Of a DNA stretch of 64,000 nucleotides, positions 26,286 through 39,411 are shown one piece after another (position 1 is the first letter of the stretch; every line of letters begins with the position of its first letter). Source of the stretch: Takakia lepidozioides (lineage: Eukaryota; Plantae; Bryophyta); NCBI GenBank assembly GCA_030704615.1, contig CM060731.1:25978001-26042000 (forward strand), read 5' to 3'. The position numbers and the translations under genes are program-made. The notes under the pieces are model-generated. The model did not search any database and was not told the origin of the DNA. It saw only the letters and a program-made list of their open reading frames with translations.

Positions 26286-27880
26286 GGCCCACAAAAACAT
26301 TTTTATCTGGAGAATCTTTGTGTCCCTGTAAAACTGACCATTGGAATTACTTCCCACCTACCCCACCTCCTGCCACAAAAAGTTTCATCAAATTCCAACT
26401 GTCAAATCGGAAGATATTAAAGTATAGAGTGGAGACAAAAAAACTCTTCGCGAAGAAATAGGTGCCCAAAAAAACAGTTTTTTGCTCGTAGCAGTTTTAG
26501 TTTCTCTTTTTTTTAGAGTCTCAAGAATGTTGTACCATACCCGATAACACACATCCTCAGAAATTTTCGGTTTTTTCTGAAATTTTCTCAAGTGGGCTCC
26601 TTTGTAGTGACAAATTGGGGGGTCAAAATATTTCATTTTCTTTGGGCAGGCCAAAATCTCTCTTCCTATAATTATACAACCAAATTCAGCCGTTCAATTC
26701 CTAATCTCTCCGGTTGAAGTGTCATGAGCATCCATATGAGGTCCCCAAAAAACTTTGGATCCAATCAGTCAACGTCATCGCATCTTTAGGTTCCCTACCC
26801 CAAGACTTCAAATGGCACACCTAGGTTATAGCCTGCAGGCCTAGGATATTTGGAGCCATAGCCCAGAAGGGCACGGGGTTTGGGAGCTCCTCTGGTACTT
26901 GGCCCCGCTTTCATGGGGGCCCACTCCACCCTCAACCCTATCAAACCCACGCCCTAGGTTTGACCCACCCCTCATGGGAGTTTTCTCGAGCCACGAGCTC
27001 TGCAGCCATCGCTACTGCACTCCCTCCAACCCGGCCTGCATGGTGTTGGCCAGAGCTGCCATCACCGTCGATTCAGGCTAGGGCCCAGGCCTGGGAATGC
27101 CCAGACCTGTAGGGCCATCATTTCACCCGCCCAGCATTCAAGGGGTTTGGGGAAATGTGCCGCCCCCAGCTTCATGGGGTATCCTATGTTCACCCTAACC
27201 TGACCGTGGTTGCCACGTCTGTAACCTGGGTAGGTTCGGGGGGCCAAATCCCCTCCAAAAAGCTGCGTGTGCCCCACTTGGCGGGCTCCACCTGGCAACC
27301 CTTTGAGGCATTGGCCAATTGGCCAATTCCATTTGAAGGAAAAAGTTTTTATCTTTCAAATGAGCCCTTGTGAGGGCTAATCAGGCTTAACTAGAGGGAG
27401 TAATGGCCAGTTTAGTAAACCCGACTGACCCAAAATGGGTCGATATACCGTTAAAGAGTTCGATTATTCCTCCTGTAACCGTGTACTTAATTCGGTACAA
27501 CTAGGTGAAAGTGATACATTAGTTTCAACAGAGTGAACAGCGATGGATAGAAAATATGTAAAGGTCATCATAGCTAAGCAGGGCTTGATTTGGCACGGTA
27601 TGTCTGACCACCAAACTTCAAAGAGCACTGAAATTGATGCTAGTCAAAGAAAGAGTATGGTATTGTGCTCACAGTACCATTTATTTTTTTATTTTTTTTT
27701 CTTAAAGGGACAAAAATTTGGAAATGTATTTTCCCAGCAAAAGTACTTTTTCTATTTTTACTTTTTCTTTGGCCAGTTAAACTTGCTGGCGAAATGCTGT
27801 TTTTTTTTTGTGTGTTTTTTTTTTTTTGCTGTTGTTTTTTATATTATAATATTGAAAGTATTATCTAGCTATTTCGTATT

Positions 27881-28228
27881 TGCTAGTATTGCTGGTGTTC
27901 GTACCGGCACTCCCCTCAACAACTGGTGGCACTTCCGTGATGAAAACTCACAACCCAACCGGCTGTCAACCTGTCTCTAATCAGGCTCTAATCCCCCTTT
28001 CCATACAGTAACCGGGTAGAAAACCTATTGCGGCTTATGGCTTAGACTGCTAGGTTTGTAAAAGTATGACGCTTCCCGAAGGGAGCGTAATTTATAGTGT
28101 CTCTTCACCACAAGGGCTACTGCTTTCCAGCTGAAAGGTGGACACCTTCATGACACACCAAACTGTGGTTTGAACCCACAACCACATCCAACGTGGTATG
28201 TGTCCATTACCACTGGGCTACATGCTGG
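27881..28228 (-). mobile_element. tRNA-derived SINE-like sequence
   Basis: Minus-strand A box TAGCCCAGTGG (28210-28220) and B box GGTTCAAACC (28167-28176). Starts where homology to 46655-47010 ends. Confidence 0.5.
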
Positions 28229-28884
28229 TTGTCGTTACGTTAGGTTCGTAATATAAACATACACCTGTACCTGCATCCACCGCAAGCACTCCGATGGTCT
28301 GTCGATCATCAACCCAGCCTCACCATAGAAGAAACACTGGTGGTCTTACTGGTCATCACTCCAGCTTCACCACCGACAGCATACTTTAGGATTGGCCGGT
28401 GATCAAATCCGGACCAGCCTCTTATGAAAACAAGTACCCACACAAAGCTAATATGGCGCACAGTCAAGCATGCAGGTGTGGAGGGGATCCAGACACAAGA
28501 AAATCAAAATAGTAACTCCCCCACACCAAAAACACTCCACAGTATCGTTCCTGCAAGACACCCCAGCCCAAACCCGGACTGACTCTTGCCTCCACCTACG
28601 GAAAGATTTGGCCTACAAAGAGGGTGAAAGACTACGGGGAGGAGAGACTAAAACAATTCCTAATTCCAGAATGTTCTCATCCCACCACTCTCCAGCTCCT
28701 GTCTCTACCCACTCGCTTTGATGGTCGTGGCAAATATCCTTCAAATATCCCTCAATCAACCTCTAAACAATCCTCCAAGGACCCCAAAGATCCTCCAAAC
28801 AATCCTCCAATGGCTTTCAAATATTTTCTAAACAATCCTCCAAAGGCCCTTAAATTTCACTAAGTCCTTTCAATGTTGATACCT

Positions 28885-29190
28885 TAACAGAGGTGTAGTC
28901 TGAGGATGCTAGGGTCCCTTATATTAATGATATCTTTACACAGGTATTGTCTGAGAATGAGGGTTCTGTTTGGTATATTACCAACAAAGGTATAGTCTGA
29001 GATTAGGGTTCACATATGGTGATACATCAACAGAGGTATAGTAAAAGGGACAAGCTTCTGTTTGGTATACTAACAGAGGTATAGTCTCAGAGTAGGGTTC
29101 ATATATGTTCACATATATTGATACCTCAGCAGAGGTATAGTCCAAGGGACAAGCTCATGTTTGGTATATTAACAGAGGTATAGTCTGAGC
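28885..29190. repeat. Minisatellite of 43-56-bp units with core AACAGAGGTATAGTC, alternating two subtypes
   Basis: Seven cores, with alternating ...AGGGTTCA.. and ...CTGTTTGGTATA spacers. Confidence 0.8.
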
Positions 29191-29199
29191 ATATACTAC

Positions 29200-30520
29200 T
29201 AGGGTTTGTAATGAAGGGCTAGAATGCAAGTCCTTGATTTTTATGCTTCTACTCAAGCAAAAATATGGTATCTAGGTGGTGATAAGAGACATCTTCTTGC
29301 TCTCTTCCATCCCAATGTATAACCAAGAGTGGTCCAACTCAACTTGCAAGTCATTGGCCACCAAATCAATCCCCCTTCTAATCCTTGGGATTTGATTGCA
29401 AACTATCATATCTCCATTGCCGAGCAATCATGCATTTGTCTCCTCATCACTTGACAATTGCTCCAAATCAACACAAATTATCTCAATGTGTATGAGCAAT
29501 GTTTGTCACTTACAATAATGCTCCCAAGCAATCCACCTTGGATCCCACTCTTACGCCATATGCCTCTTTTGGGGTCTTGCACATATATGTTTAATCCATG
29601 TGCTCCCCTTGGTCATTTGAATGCATGTTCCATGACCTCTTGGCCTATGTGTTGCTCTCCTTCATTTTAATATGAATCAACACCTCTCCACTTCACACAC
29701 AAATGGATCTTAAGGCCTTCATCTCTTGCTAGTTCAAGAGCTCACCTTCTCAAACTTGAACTTACAAACCCGAGAGAGCATGCTCCACACAAGCACCACT
29801 TGCTTGGTCAACTATCCACCACAAAGCTCATACTACCACGAGCATGAATAGACAAGTATTTCCTCCCCTTCTTGCCACATTACATAGTTAGGGTGAAGCT
29901 ATGCATACATTGAATGATGATCTTCCTTCAAGGATTTCCCACCATATGTTCTCCAATCCCTTCCAATGCCCTAAGCTTGGCTCCACACCACCATGATAAG
30001 AAGATTTCTTCTTCACATGCTCCCTTTCAAAACCTCTTGAGCTTCTTAGTACTCTCCAAGTGCTTGCCCTTGTTGTCTTCAAGCCCAAGCCTTCTTTCAC
30101 AACATCCACACTTTTAACTTGCTTAACCCTAAATTGATAGTGAAATGAGCACTAACAATCTTTTAGTTGCTCTCCACAAGCCATGGCACACACCATTGAC
30201 TCCATAATGCATACAAAGGATTCTCAAACGTCCCTAGAATCCATGCTTCCACAAAAGACTTCCTCCTTGCAATCCTTGCAAATTTTTGTGACTCGAGAGC
30301 TTTCTTCTCAAGCTCTTCAACTCCTTGGTGCATGCAATACCCGAGCGTCTTTCATTGCAACCCCTTGCAAGCCTTGTGATACAAGAGCTAAATTCTCCTA
30401 GCTCTCAACCTCCTTGACATACAAGTGCAAAACTAATCCTTACACTCCGCACTCTTCCCATGTCCCAAGTGAGGCTTGATACATATGAGACCAAATGAAG
30501 TCCCAACACACAAAATACAA
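29200..30520 (-). mobile_element. Highly decayed LTR-retrotransposon gag/protease-like remnant
   Basis: Minus-strand CGKKG knuckle remnant near 29870; no long ORFs. Confidence 0.35.
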
Positions 30521-30694
30521 ATATAGATATCCAAAATGTCCTAGTTAACTAGAAGTAGGTAATTCTAGTTAACCATGACTAGAACCATGACAAACTTACA
30601 AAGCATATAGCTGAACAGACACCCTCGAGATGCAAATGATTAAGAGACATAGAGAGAATATAGATGGCTACAGAATAAGTTGGGGAGGGGAGAA

Positions 30695-30935
30695 TGATCT
30701 GCATCAGACGCAAGGTACAAACAGGCCATAGCAATAATATCCCACTTGTCACCCATCTTGCCAAGGGCACCCACTCATGTATCAAATTGAACCAACTTCT
30801 TTTGGCACCAGCTTCTTCATGCCCGGGGTGCCAACTATAGGGCCAGATGCAATCATGTTAGTTCGAATACCATAGTTTGCAGTTCCCCACTCCACAGCCA
30901 AACTTCTAGTGATGTTGTGTATGGTTGCCTACACA
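30695..30935 (-). pseudogene. 2,4-dienoyl-CoA reductase exon, copy 2 (frameshifted)
   Basis: 30610-31150 is a diverged duplicate of 18660-19195. Confidence 0.8.
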
Positions 30936-31619
30936 GTTTCAACCAGCATCTATTTAAATACAAATAACATAACCTGCTTAAAAAAAACATCAATTCAAAA
31001 GTGTGCTATTGCATATAACGACTTTGCTTCATTAGGGTCGAGCTGCTACGCAGCCCCACTTGATAATCAAGGGATGGACGGTCGCGATAGCATGTGCATG
31101 CTCATGGTGCACTCTCCTCCGTGCGAGGATAAATCGCACCAATTGCTCCACAACCCTATTTTAACTAATTCTAGACTTTTGGCTTAAATCCAAACCAAAC
31201 TTAATATGTATTTGAATTAAAATTAATTCAAATTTTAATAATATCATGGTGTAATGTGTGATTGAACTTTGTGAAATTACAGGTGATGTCATACTTGCTT
31301 CAAAATGTGATATATAAGATGTCCATTTGACATTGAAGTGCTTGTGAAGTTGCAGTACTGAACAATTCATTGAACGTCCACTGGGAAGTCGAATGATGTA
31401 ATATTACATTATGTATCACGATAAACAAATGTGTCGAATCGAACATGGGGTAGACTCCTACTCTACCATACTCGATATAATTTGATAGTAATTTTGATTG
31501 AATCTTCATGTTAACAAGCACAATATTCAGAGACAATGCCATTAGAATGACATTTTGGGTGTGAGAATGGCAGTAAAATATTAAAATAGCTTGAAACATT
31601 AGGAAGATGACCTACTAGG

Positions 31620-32790
31620 GTAATAAAATAAGGTTTGGGGTGTAACTAGATATATTAAGTGCAATAAGGTCCAAGTTTGTGGTGAGGAGAGGGGTTTATG
31701 GTTTGGATTTAGGGTAGAAAGAGAGAAACAAATATGGAAGACTCACCTCCGTAGAATGTAAAAATGTAAGGGGAATTTGATATCCATGTAATCATTCTAT
31801 CATACGTTATCCAACAAAATTAAAGAAAACATTAAAAGAGAATGATACATTTACAAGAGGTAACATGGTAGTACAATAAGGTTTGGAGTTTAAGTAGGGT
31901 ACTACACTAAGGTTTTTGGTATATGGTAAGAGTAATGGTTTAGGGTGCTAATGGTCAGGCTTAAGCTTAGGGTGAGGATTAAGGGAAGGGTAAAGGGAAG
32001 GGTAAGGGTTTAGGGTTTGGATTTAGGGTAGAAAGGGACAAACAAATATGAAAGACTCACACATGGTAGTACAATAACTTGGTTTGGAGTATAAGTAGGG
32101 TAGTACACTAACTTGGTTTTTGGTATATAGTAAGAGTAATGGTTTAGGGTAGTAAGGGTCAGGCTTAAGCTTAGGGTAAGGATTAAGGCCAGGGTAAAGG
32201 GAAAGGTAAGGGTTTAGGGTAGTAAACTAAGGTTTTTGGTATATGGTAAGAGTAATGGTTTTGGGTACTAAGGGTCCAGCTTAAGCCTATGGAAGGGTTA
32301 AGGGAAGGGTAAAGCGAAGGAAAGGTTTAGGGGTGAAAATGTACAAATGGACAAACAAATATGGAAGACTCGCACTCACTAGAACTTGGTGTGTATAATG
32401 ATAAAAAAATGAAAATAAAAATGGAGAAACAAATATTATGGAAGAGACATTGAGAGAGACAAGTATTTAAATTAACGACTCGTCGTTGGAACCTGGTCTT
32501 AAGATACATAGAAAGCACACTAGTATGTAAAGGTAAGTGCATGTGAATCCAAAACAAATGAGAAAAGTAGCGCAAAAAGGAAGGGAGAAGAGATTAGATT
32601 ACCATAAGGTCCATAACCATTATTGGTTATGGTATGGATAGTACAATCCTATTTGCAAAAGAAATGGTAAGGGTTTAGGAATAAAAGCTTAAGGGTCTTT
32701 TAGGGTAAAGGGTTTAGGGTAAAGGGTTTAGGGTAAAGGGTTTAGGGTAAAGGGTTTTACTAGGATAAGGGTTTACTAAGGTAGGGGTAC
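31620..32790. repeat. Degenerate telomere-like G-rich repeats, including tandem TTTAGGGTAAAGGG (~32698-32757) and ~130-bp duplications
   Basis: Many GGGTTTAGGG/GGGTAAGG units. Confidence 0.75.
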
Positions 32791-33399
32791 TTTTGGTCTA
32801 AGTTAGAAATGGACAAACAAACATGGAAGACTCCACTCGCTAGACATAGACTCGCTTGGAGGAGAAAAAGTACCCCTACATAAGAGGTATAAGTTAAGGA
32901 GTGACAAATTGAAAAGTATGGCAATAATGATAGGGTAAGGGTCCTCTTAATGGGAGACCTTAGTTGGAGACTTGGCTTGAGTCAAGTGCAAGCATTGAGA
33001 GACGGACTGGAATTGGCACAATGACGAGACATTGGAAAAAAACATTTAGACCGGATTGGAAAATAAAGACTTCAGGGGTTGTGCCAGCATTTTTGTTTTT
33101 TTGGGTGCACTGTCTGTTTTGTAAGCCAAAATCCCCCACACGAATATTTGTAGATGAACAGAATGTACAGCAGTGCAGAGTCCAGCACGCCAAGAAAAAA
33201 GATCGAGAACATCCACTGCTTACTCGAGGTTCAATGCGATAGAAAAAGAAAACATGAAGGATCCCCCAACGCAAATACGAAGGGAAAAAAATGTAAAAAA
33301 AAATTTATATCTTAAAACGCAAGACCGGAAATGACCTCAACATTTAGTCCACGGACAAAAAGTGGTTCGCAAGAAGGTAACCTTCAGGTATATGGCTGA

Positions 33400-36240
33400 A
33401 GGTTAGACTCCTCCAAATTCGCGCGCGCTTTCACTGCTTCCACCGCTGTAATTCTCTTGGTGCTATTTCTTGTCGTATTTTTTCATGGCGGCATTGTCCA
33501 CACGACATTGTTCACGTGGATCCATTGAGCAGGATTTGACAAGTTGTACTCCCAAACTTTTGACCAGCAGTCCCTGTACCTCTCCAAGTATGAGGGGTTA
33601 CCTCCTTTCTTCAGTCTCCACCACTCCACCTTCACTTTCTTAAAATTAGGATCCTCCCTTTCTCGGATGACATCTGAAATTGCCATTCCCATCCAGACCG
33701 GGCACGTCGTTGGGTCATAAGGGCGAACGAGCACAAAAAATCTTTTCTCAATATCCTTGAACGGATTTAAGGGTATCCTTGGACGCTCACACCTAGGACC
33801 ACAGTAAGGTTCTGGAACTTCATCCTCATCTTCCATATCATGCACTATTTGTGGCTGGATGTCATCCCTCCGATGGTTTGAGGACCAATTTGTTTTTGGC
33901 CAGAATCCCTCAAGAAGCTGAATACGCTCCGGAATTTTCTGCATTAGCTTATCCAGTTCGGCGAGAATATTTCCCCAATATGTGGTCGTATTGTTCCATT
34001 ACACCTCGGTAATGATCGTCAAGCAACATTCATTTGGTCCAAAAATCTCTGTATTTCTTAATACCATTTTTTATGAAGGATTGTTTTTCGGAGGAGTCGT
34101 CCCCGACTCCCCATATCAGTCTTCTTGGAACGGCATTTGGGTCTCCTTCAAGGAGATTTGGAGTCCCGTCAGGGTTAGACTTCCACATTTTAACGCTGTA
34201 GTTTGTAGGAAGCCACTCCGAATCAGTAGTTGACTTTTTGTACTTCATAACGGGCCAACCATCCGCATCCTTAAAAAACCGAAAAACGTGCATCTCTGAG
34301 ATCCCGACCAAAGCCTCATTTCCATCAAGAATACAACCCTTAACAAACTTCTTGAAGTCGAGAACCTCCTGAATAATTTGAGGAATGAATTGCATATCTT
34401 GGGAGATCATGAATAACCTCATCAAATCCGGAAGAATGTAGGTGTTGCGTTCCTTTAGCTTCTTCGAGAGATATCTAAAGGATCCGTCAATATCCTCATG
34501 GGTGTGCCCGACCATGAGAAAACCAAGCTGGATCTCTTCAAAGACATCTTTGGCAGTGAGGAGCGATATGAAAACAAACATCCATCTGTTCTTATTGTCC
34601 TTGGAGGAGTTGTCCATCTGCAAATAAAGTCGTCTAGGAAGTGGTCGAGCACCACGTTTATTTTGCGGCATGCAGGGTTTCAGAGCCTCCAAACATCTCG
34701 ATTTACCTCTCATGAGCGTTTCAAAAAAATCATTCTGAACTGCAGTGTCGAAAATGTTCCTGGATTCCCGGCATGTCGGCTTTTCCAGTTGGCGCAGGCA
34801 CCGAGCCAACGACCCAATTGTGAAGTTTGAATTTCCCTTCCAGAACTCAAGAGAAAAGTGAGCGTAAGCTCCATCACCGTGTCCGTGCGTAACCATTCCT
34901 GTCAATGAGACAGGCAACTGACCCAATCCCGAGACCATCTTGTTCGTCGTCTGTAGCCTCGGAATAGTTGTTTTCCTATGATCCATCTTATCATGAATAA
35001 TACACATGAATTCCTCCGGAATCATAACAGACTCATTCCTCCAGCTATGGTACAACATTCTGCATGACTCTTGATGCCTCAAGTGCATATCAAGCGCCCG
35101 CTAATTATGTGCGACCTATTTGGTACTCCTCTTAATAGACTTCTTAATCAAGTCCTTCAACATCTCGCATTCTGTGCACTTAGCAAAGGTGCTTCCGGTT
35201 TTCCGAACCTCCACGTTAGGAAATATTCGATTCCGGATGCGGCTTAAAGCGGGCTGCAAGACTCCTTTCAAACCGAGAAGTTTGTTTGTTTGCACCCCAA
35301 CTCCCCAACAATGTCAACGTCCACTGGGCAGTGGAGGTTCTACAAAGTGGAAGAACAAAAAGGTATGATGGCATCAACACGAATAAAATTAGCCACAGTA
35401 TTTTGAAAAAAGAAATGAGGACATCGAATAAAAGTCACCTCGTTGGACTCCTCTGGAATTCTCTTCCAGTTCATTTCGGGTGGCAAAACTCTCAAAGTAT
35501 CCCGACGTCCCTCTCCAATGCAACGTGTTTTGTGAGGCATAAGGTCAGTATTGGCATTGAAAATGGACATAATGTTCCCCTTTGTCTGGAGTGTCTATGG
35601 TCGAGGCCGCTTGACGCCACGATTTCCTTGCAAAGATGTCAAACAGCCCTCTTTACTGAGCTTTTTGTACTCCATGTACGTTGACCTTCCAATTCTGTGT
35701 ATTATCCATCATGCTTTCTCACAAACATCAACACCTTCTATCGTAACATACGACCTGCGCGATGCCCCTTCTATGATGTGAAGTCGTTTTGAAACATTCA
35801 ATCCAAGTTCTCTCCTCTCATCGAATGATGAACCCCAAAACGCAGTACGAATTGCCAGGATTTTTCTCCAATCAAAATACTGGCAGCACTGAAGCTTGTA
35901 GCAAGGTTTGCTGCTCACCGACCTCACTTCATATAAAGTACAATTTTTCTTGCACTTTTTTTAGTCCTCCAAATTGGATGGTTTCTTCTTCCTAGTAAAA
36001 TGCCTGTACGTTGCTTTCTCCACGCCTATACGATGGTCGTCATGGTCCATATCACTGCACGATCGCAGGAAATTTTCGAGATCAACGGAGAGTATTCGGG
36101 CATTTTCAAAAGGTCTTGTTTTTGTTAACGGTCATTTCACACTGGACATCAGAGAACCGGATTCTCCAGAGATTGTTCTGGTGACCAGAACCCCAACATC
36201 GTCATCTCGAAGTTTGTCATTCAGAATGATCTCGTTATGA
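33400..36240 (-). pseudogene. DDD-type transposase pseudogene (DUF7869-like; Sola-like by motif recall)
   Basis: N-terminal PCYKLQCCQ..VCEKA; FAKCTEC; IIHDKMD; TGMVTHGHG; LYLQMDNSSKDNKN; FLMVGHTHEDIDGSF; C-terminal VWMGMA..VKVEWW domain. Likely intron at ~35341-35440; in-frame stops. Confidence 0.8.
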
Positions 36241-36328
36241 ATGCATGCCTAAATTCGGCCATCGAACAGGGCGTTTCCGTCCTCCCCAAGAAGAAGGCAC
36301 TGCAAGTTTCTCCAACAATTTCTCCCAG

Positions 36329-37385
36329 CACTACAACAAATGGGGGGGGTTTGTGACGCCGAGCCCTCGGCGTTTTTTTACAACGTCCCGGCGTCACAAT
36401 CCCCCGCTGCAACACCATTGCGACGCCCAGCCGTCGCAAGGTGGCATGAAGGGGGAAAGAGGGCGCTCGCTGCGACGGATTTTTTTTCTTGCGATGCACT
36501 AGAGTCGCAAATCCAAAATAATATATATATATATATATATTGGATGTTGCGACGCCTCAGCGTCACTGAGGGTGCCTTTGCGACGCCAGGGCGTCGCAAC
36601 AGCATCACCACAATGAGAGTTTTTTTGTTTTTTTTTTTTTTTTTGGGTTTTGCAGCCCTCAACTTCACAAAAGCGTCGCTGGGGGCGCCCCGCGCTAGGA
36701 CGCCCAACGCTCCGACACTAGGGGGTCGCAACGACGTCGCCACATAGAGTCGCAATGGTGTTGTAGTCAGCTGAGGTCATCACAAGGATGTCGCTTGGGG
36801 CGCCTGGCGGTGGGGGGGGGGGCGGGGTGCAACAACGGCGACAAAGCTGGGGCTGGGGCTGGGCACTAAGGCTGTGGAGGTTGCAACTCCCCGGCATCAC
36901 AAGAGGGACCCCCTTAGAATGAACTTGAAGGAAATCTTCATATATATATATATATATATATTTAGATTGTTTTTGTGATACATAGATGTAGTGTAGGTGT
37001 GTTGGTTAGTCTGTAGTGTCTTATAAATGTTATAACGTGGAGGTCTTAGGTTCAAGTATGCATTGCATGATATATGTAGAACAATGAATATATCGCTATT
37101 AGACAGAACCGGAGTCAATGGTCAACGCCGGAGTCAATGGTCAACAAGTTTTTGAAATTCAAATTTCAAATTCAAATTTTCCCGCCTAAATTCAAATGTT
37201 CCCCCTTAAATTGCGACGTCCGGGCGTCGCACTTTGCGACCCCCGGACGGTGCTGCATAGGTTTTGTTTCTTTGGCGACGCCCGGGCGTCGCAAATTTGG
37301 TTCTTCCCCCAACTGCCCGAAAATGGCTGTTTTATGACGCCGCGGCGTGGCTACGGCGTGGAAACCCCCCCCTTTTCCTGTAGTG
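36329..37385. mobile_element. Non-autonomous CACTA (En/Spm) element
   Basis: CACTACAACAAATGGGGGGG ... CCCCCCCCTTTTCCTGTAGTG termini; flanks CAG/CAA (3-bp TSD with one mismatch); many TGCGACGCC/GGCGTCGCA subterminal repeats. Confidence 0.88.
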
Positions 37386-39411
37386 CAAGACCTACAGCCG
37401 GATCCCCTTTAGTCTCACCGTTGGATGGAATTTCATTGCTTTCAGTGAATAAACCTTGACAATCACTATCTTCTGTGATGGAATGAGATCCCGGGTTTCT
37501 TTGAGATGCTGAATCCATAGTTTCATGCGGGTGAACATAGGAGACATCCCACACAACTGGAGTCCCAATTGCCTCTTTCAATGTATCAGCATCCATGAGT
37601 CGATAAGGCAGAGGACATGAGCTGAATGCGTCATCACAAAAGATCATGATAACTGAAATGGTAGACGAACACAAGTGGTGTCCGTGGCAAGTTCATTCCC
37701 CAGAGACATTCAGGAATCTCCTAAGGCAACCACTGACGGAGATCCAGGAAGCGACAGAAACACCCTTTGAGAGGTTCGCAGTGGGAAGTTGGTGTTGTGT
37801 GGAGTTGGACATTATATAGAGGTGACAAGTAACTTTCATCTTGAATCGCTCAAATGGCAATGTGGTATGCTTTCTCTCCCAGATCGATTGCGGCCACCGT
37901 GGATTAAGGCGGAATCGAACAGGTTATTTCAACTCGCGAAATCAAGGTTTCATTGAAAGTGTGCACAATTTTTCATTTATTGACAGCAGCCATTGTCACA
38001 TTAATTATGCAACAACGATAACGGCCGCGATCAGACTGAATTCTATCGTACTTGTACGTTAGTAGGACTACATGTCTGGCATCATTATCGTGCGGCTCTG
38101 ACAGCAGACTCTGGAATAAGTGTGAAGGATGCCGATTCTGACAAGTGGCCGGGAGAAATGAAGTCATGCAGCTAATCGCCACACCTAATACTAGATTGCA
38201 TATTAACAATCGATCATTATAAGCTGGGAGGAATCCGGAGGTGAACCATAAGGCACTTTGAGATTTTTCTGTTTATATTTATCGTGCTGTTACAGTGAAT
38301 AAAACACTTGGGCAGGGCGGGGCATTACAGGCCGGCGCATTGCATTGGACAGCGAGGGCGGTGCATTACAGGTGTGCGTAATGCAGTGTCGTGCCTTGCT
38401 TGCTTGCACATGTTTAATGTAGGGATGGACCCCTCGTGTCGGGTATTCCTCGATAAATGACATTCCCTTTGGCTCTGGACCTTAAATCAAGGAATGCCCG
38501 ATACGAGGGGCCATCTACTATCCTTAAAATAATATGTCACATGGCACTTGCGGGTGTTGTCAGGGAATATTGACGTCTGGTGGTTAACAGCCGAAATTAA
38601 TTGTGGACGGCTCATAATGAGATAATGCTTATATTGTGTGACGAATCCGTAGGTACACCGTTGTGTCCTTTGGCAGATTGCGTTCGAAACGATTGCCTAG
38701 GCATGCCACGTGGGTAGTCACATGTGCGTTTGGGGCGTGGGTTAAGGTTTTGCGGCTTTGAATCTATTTTAAGATTTTTGTAAGCGTGAGGGTTGCAGAG
38801 TGTGACCAATCGCGTCATTACAGTCATTTTGTCTTTTTTTCATTCGTCTGTCCAGTCGTCTGTCCAAACGTGTGTGCATTCGTCTATCAATTTGGAACAA
38901 ATATTGAACTAATTTCATCTGTGTGGATGGACAGTATTAATGTTAGTTTGCGTGGATGGGTCAGAACATCCATTGGGCCGCGCGACCATTCGATTTCGGA
39001 CGGAGGCGATGGTTCAGATCATCCTTGAAGGTCGCTTATAAGGGGTGCGCTCTTTGAGCCCGGCCTTTGGGCTTCCCATTTTCTACTCGTAAGCGATGCG
39101 CGAGTGAGAGCTTGACAGTTGAGAGAAGAGAGCGTGAAAGAGAAGACTTTTGGAGCGAGTTTTGCAACGACTGGACACTGGAGCGTGGAGTGAAAGAGAG
39201 CAAATTAGGCTGAGTGCAGAGAGAGGAGAGGGTGAAAGGTGAGAGCTCTTCTAGTGAAATCGGCGAATATGAAGAGCGGGGAGGAGAGACAAAACAGTCG
39301 CGAGTGGAGAGAAACGAGTGCAAAGGCGAGAGCACAAGGCAATTACCGACTTGCAGGCGGAGGTGCGGAAGAGAGTATCAAACGAAGGACTGTGGTTGCA
39401 GGGACACCAAA

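Noticed and set aside
22105-27516. TTAA-type DNA transposon hosting the LTR element
   Set aside because: An insertion relative to copy 2 is evident, but matching TIRs or a TSD could not be shown.
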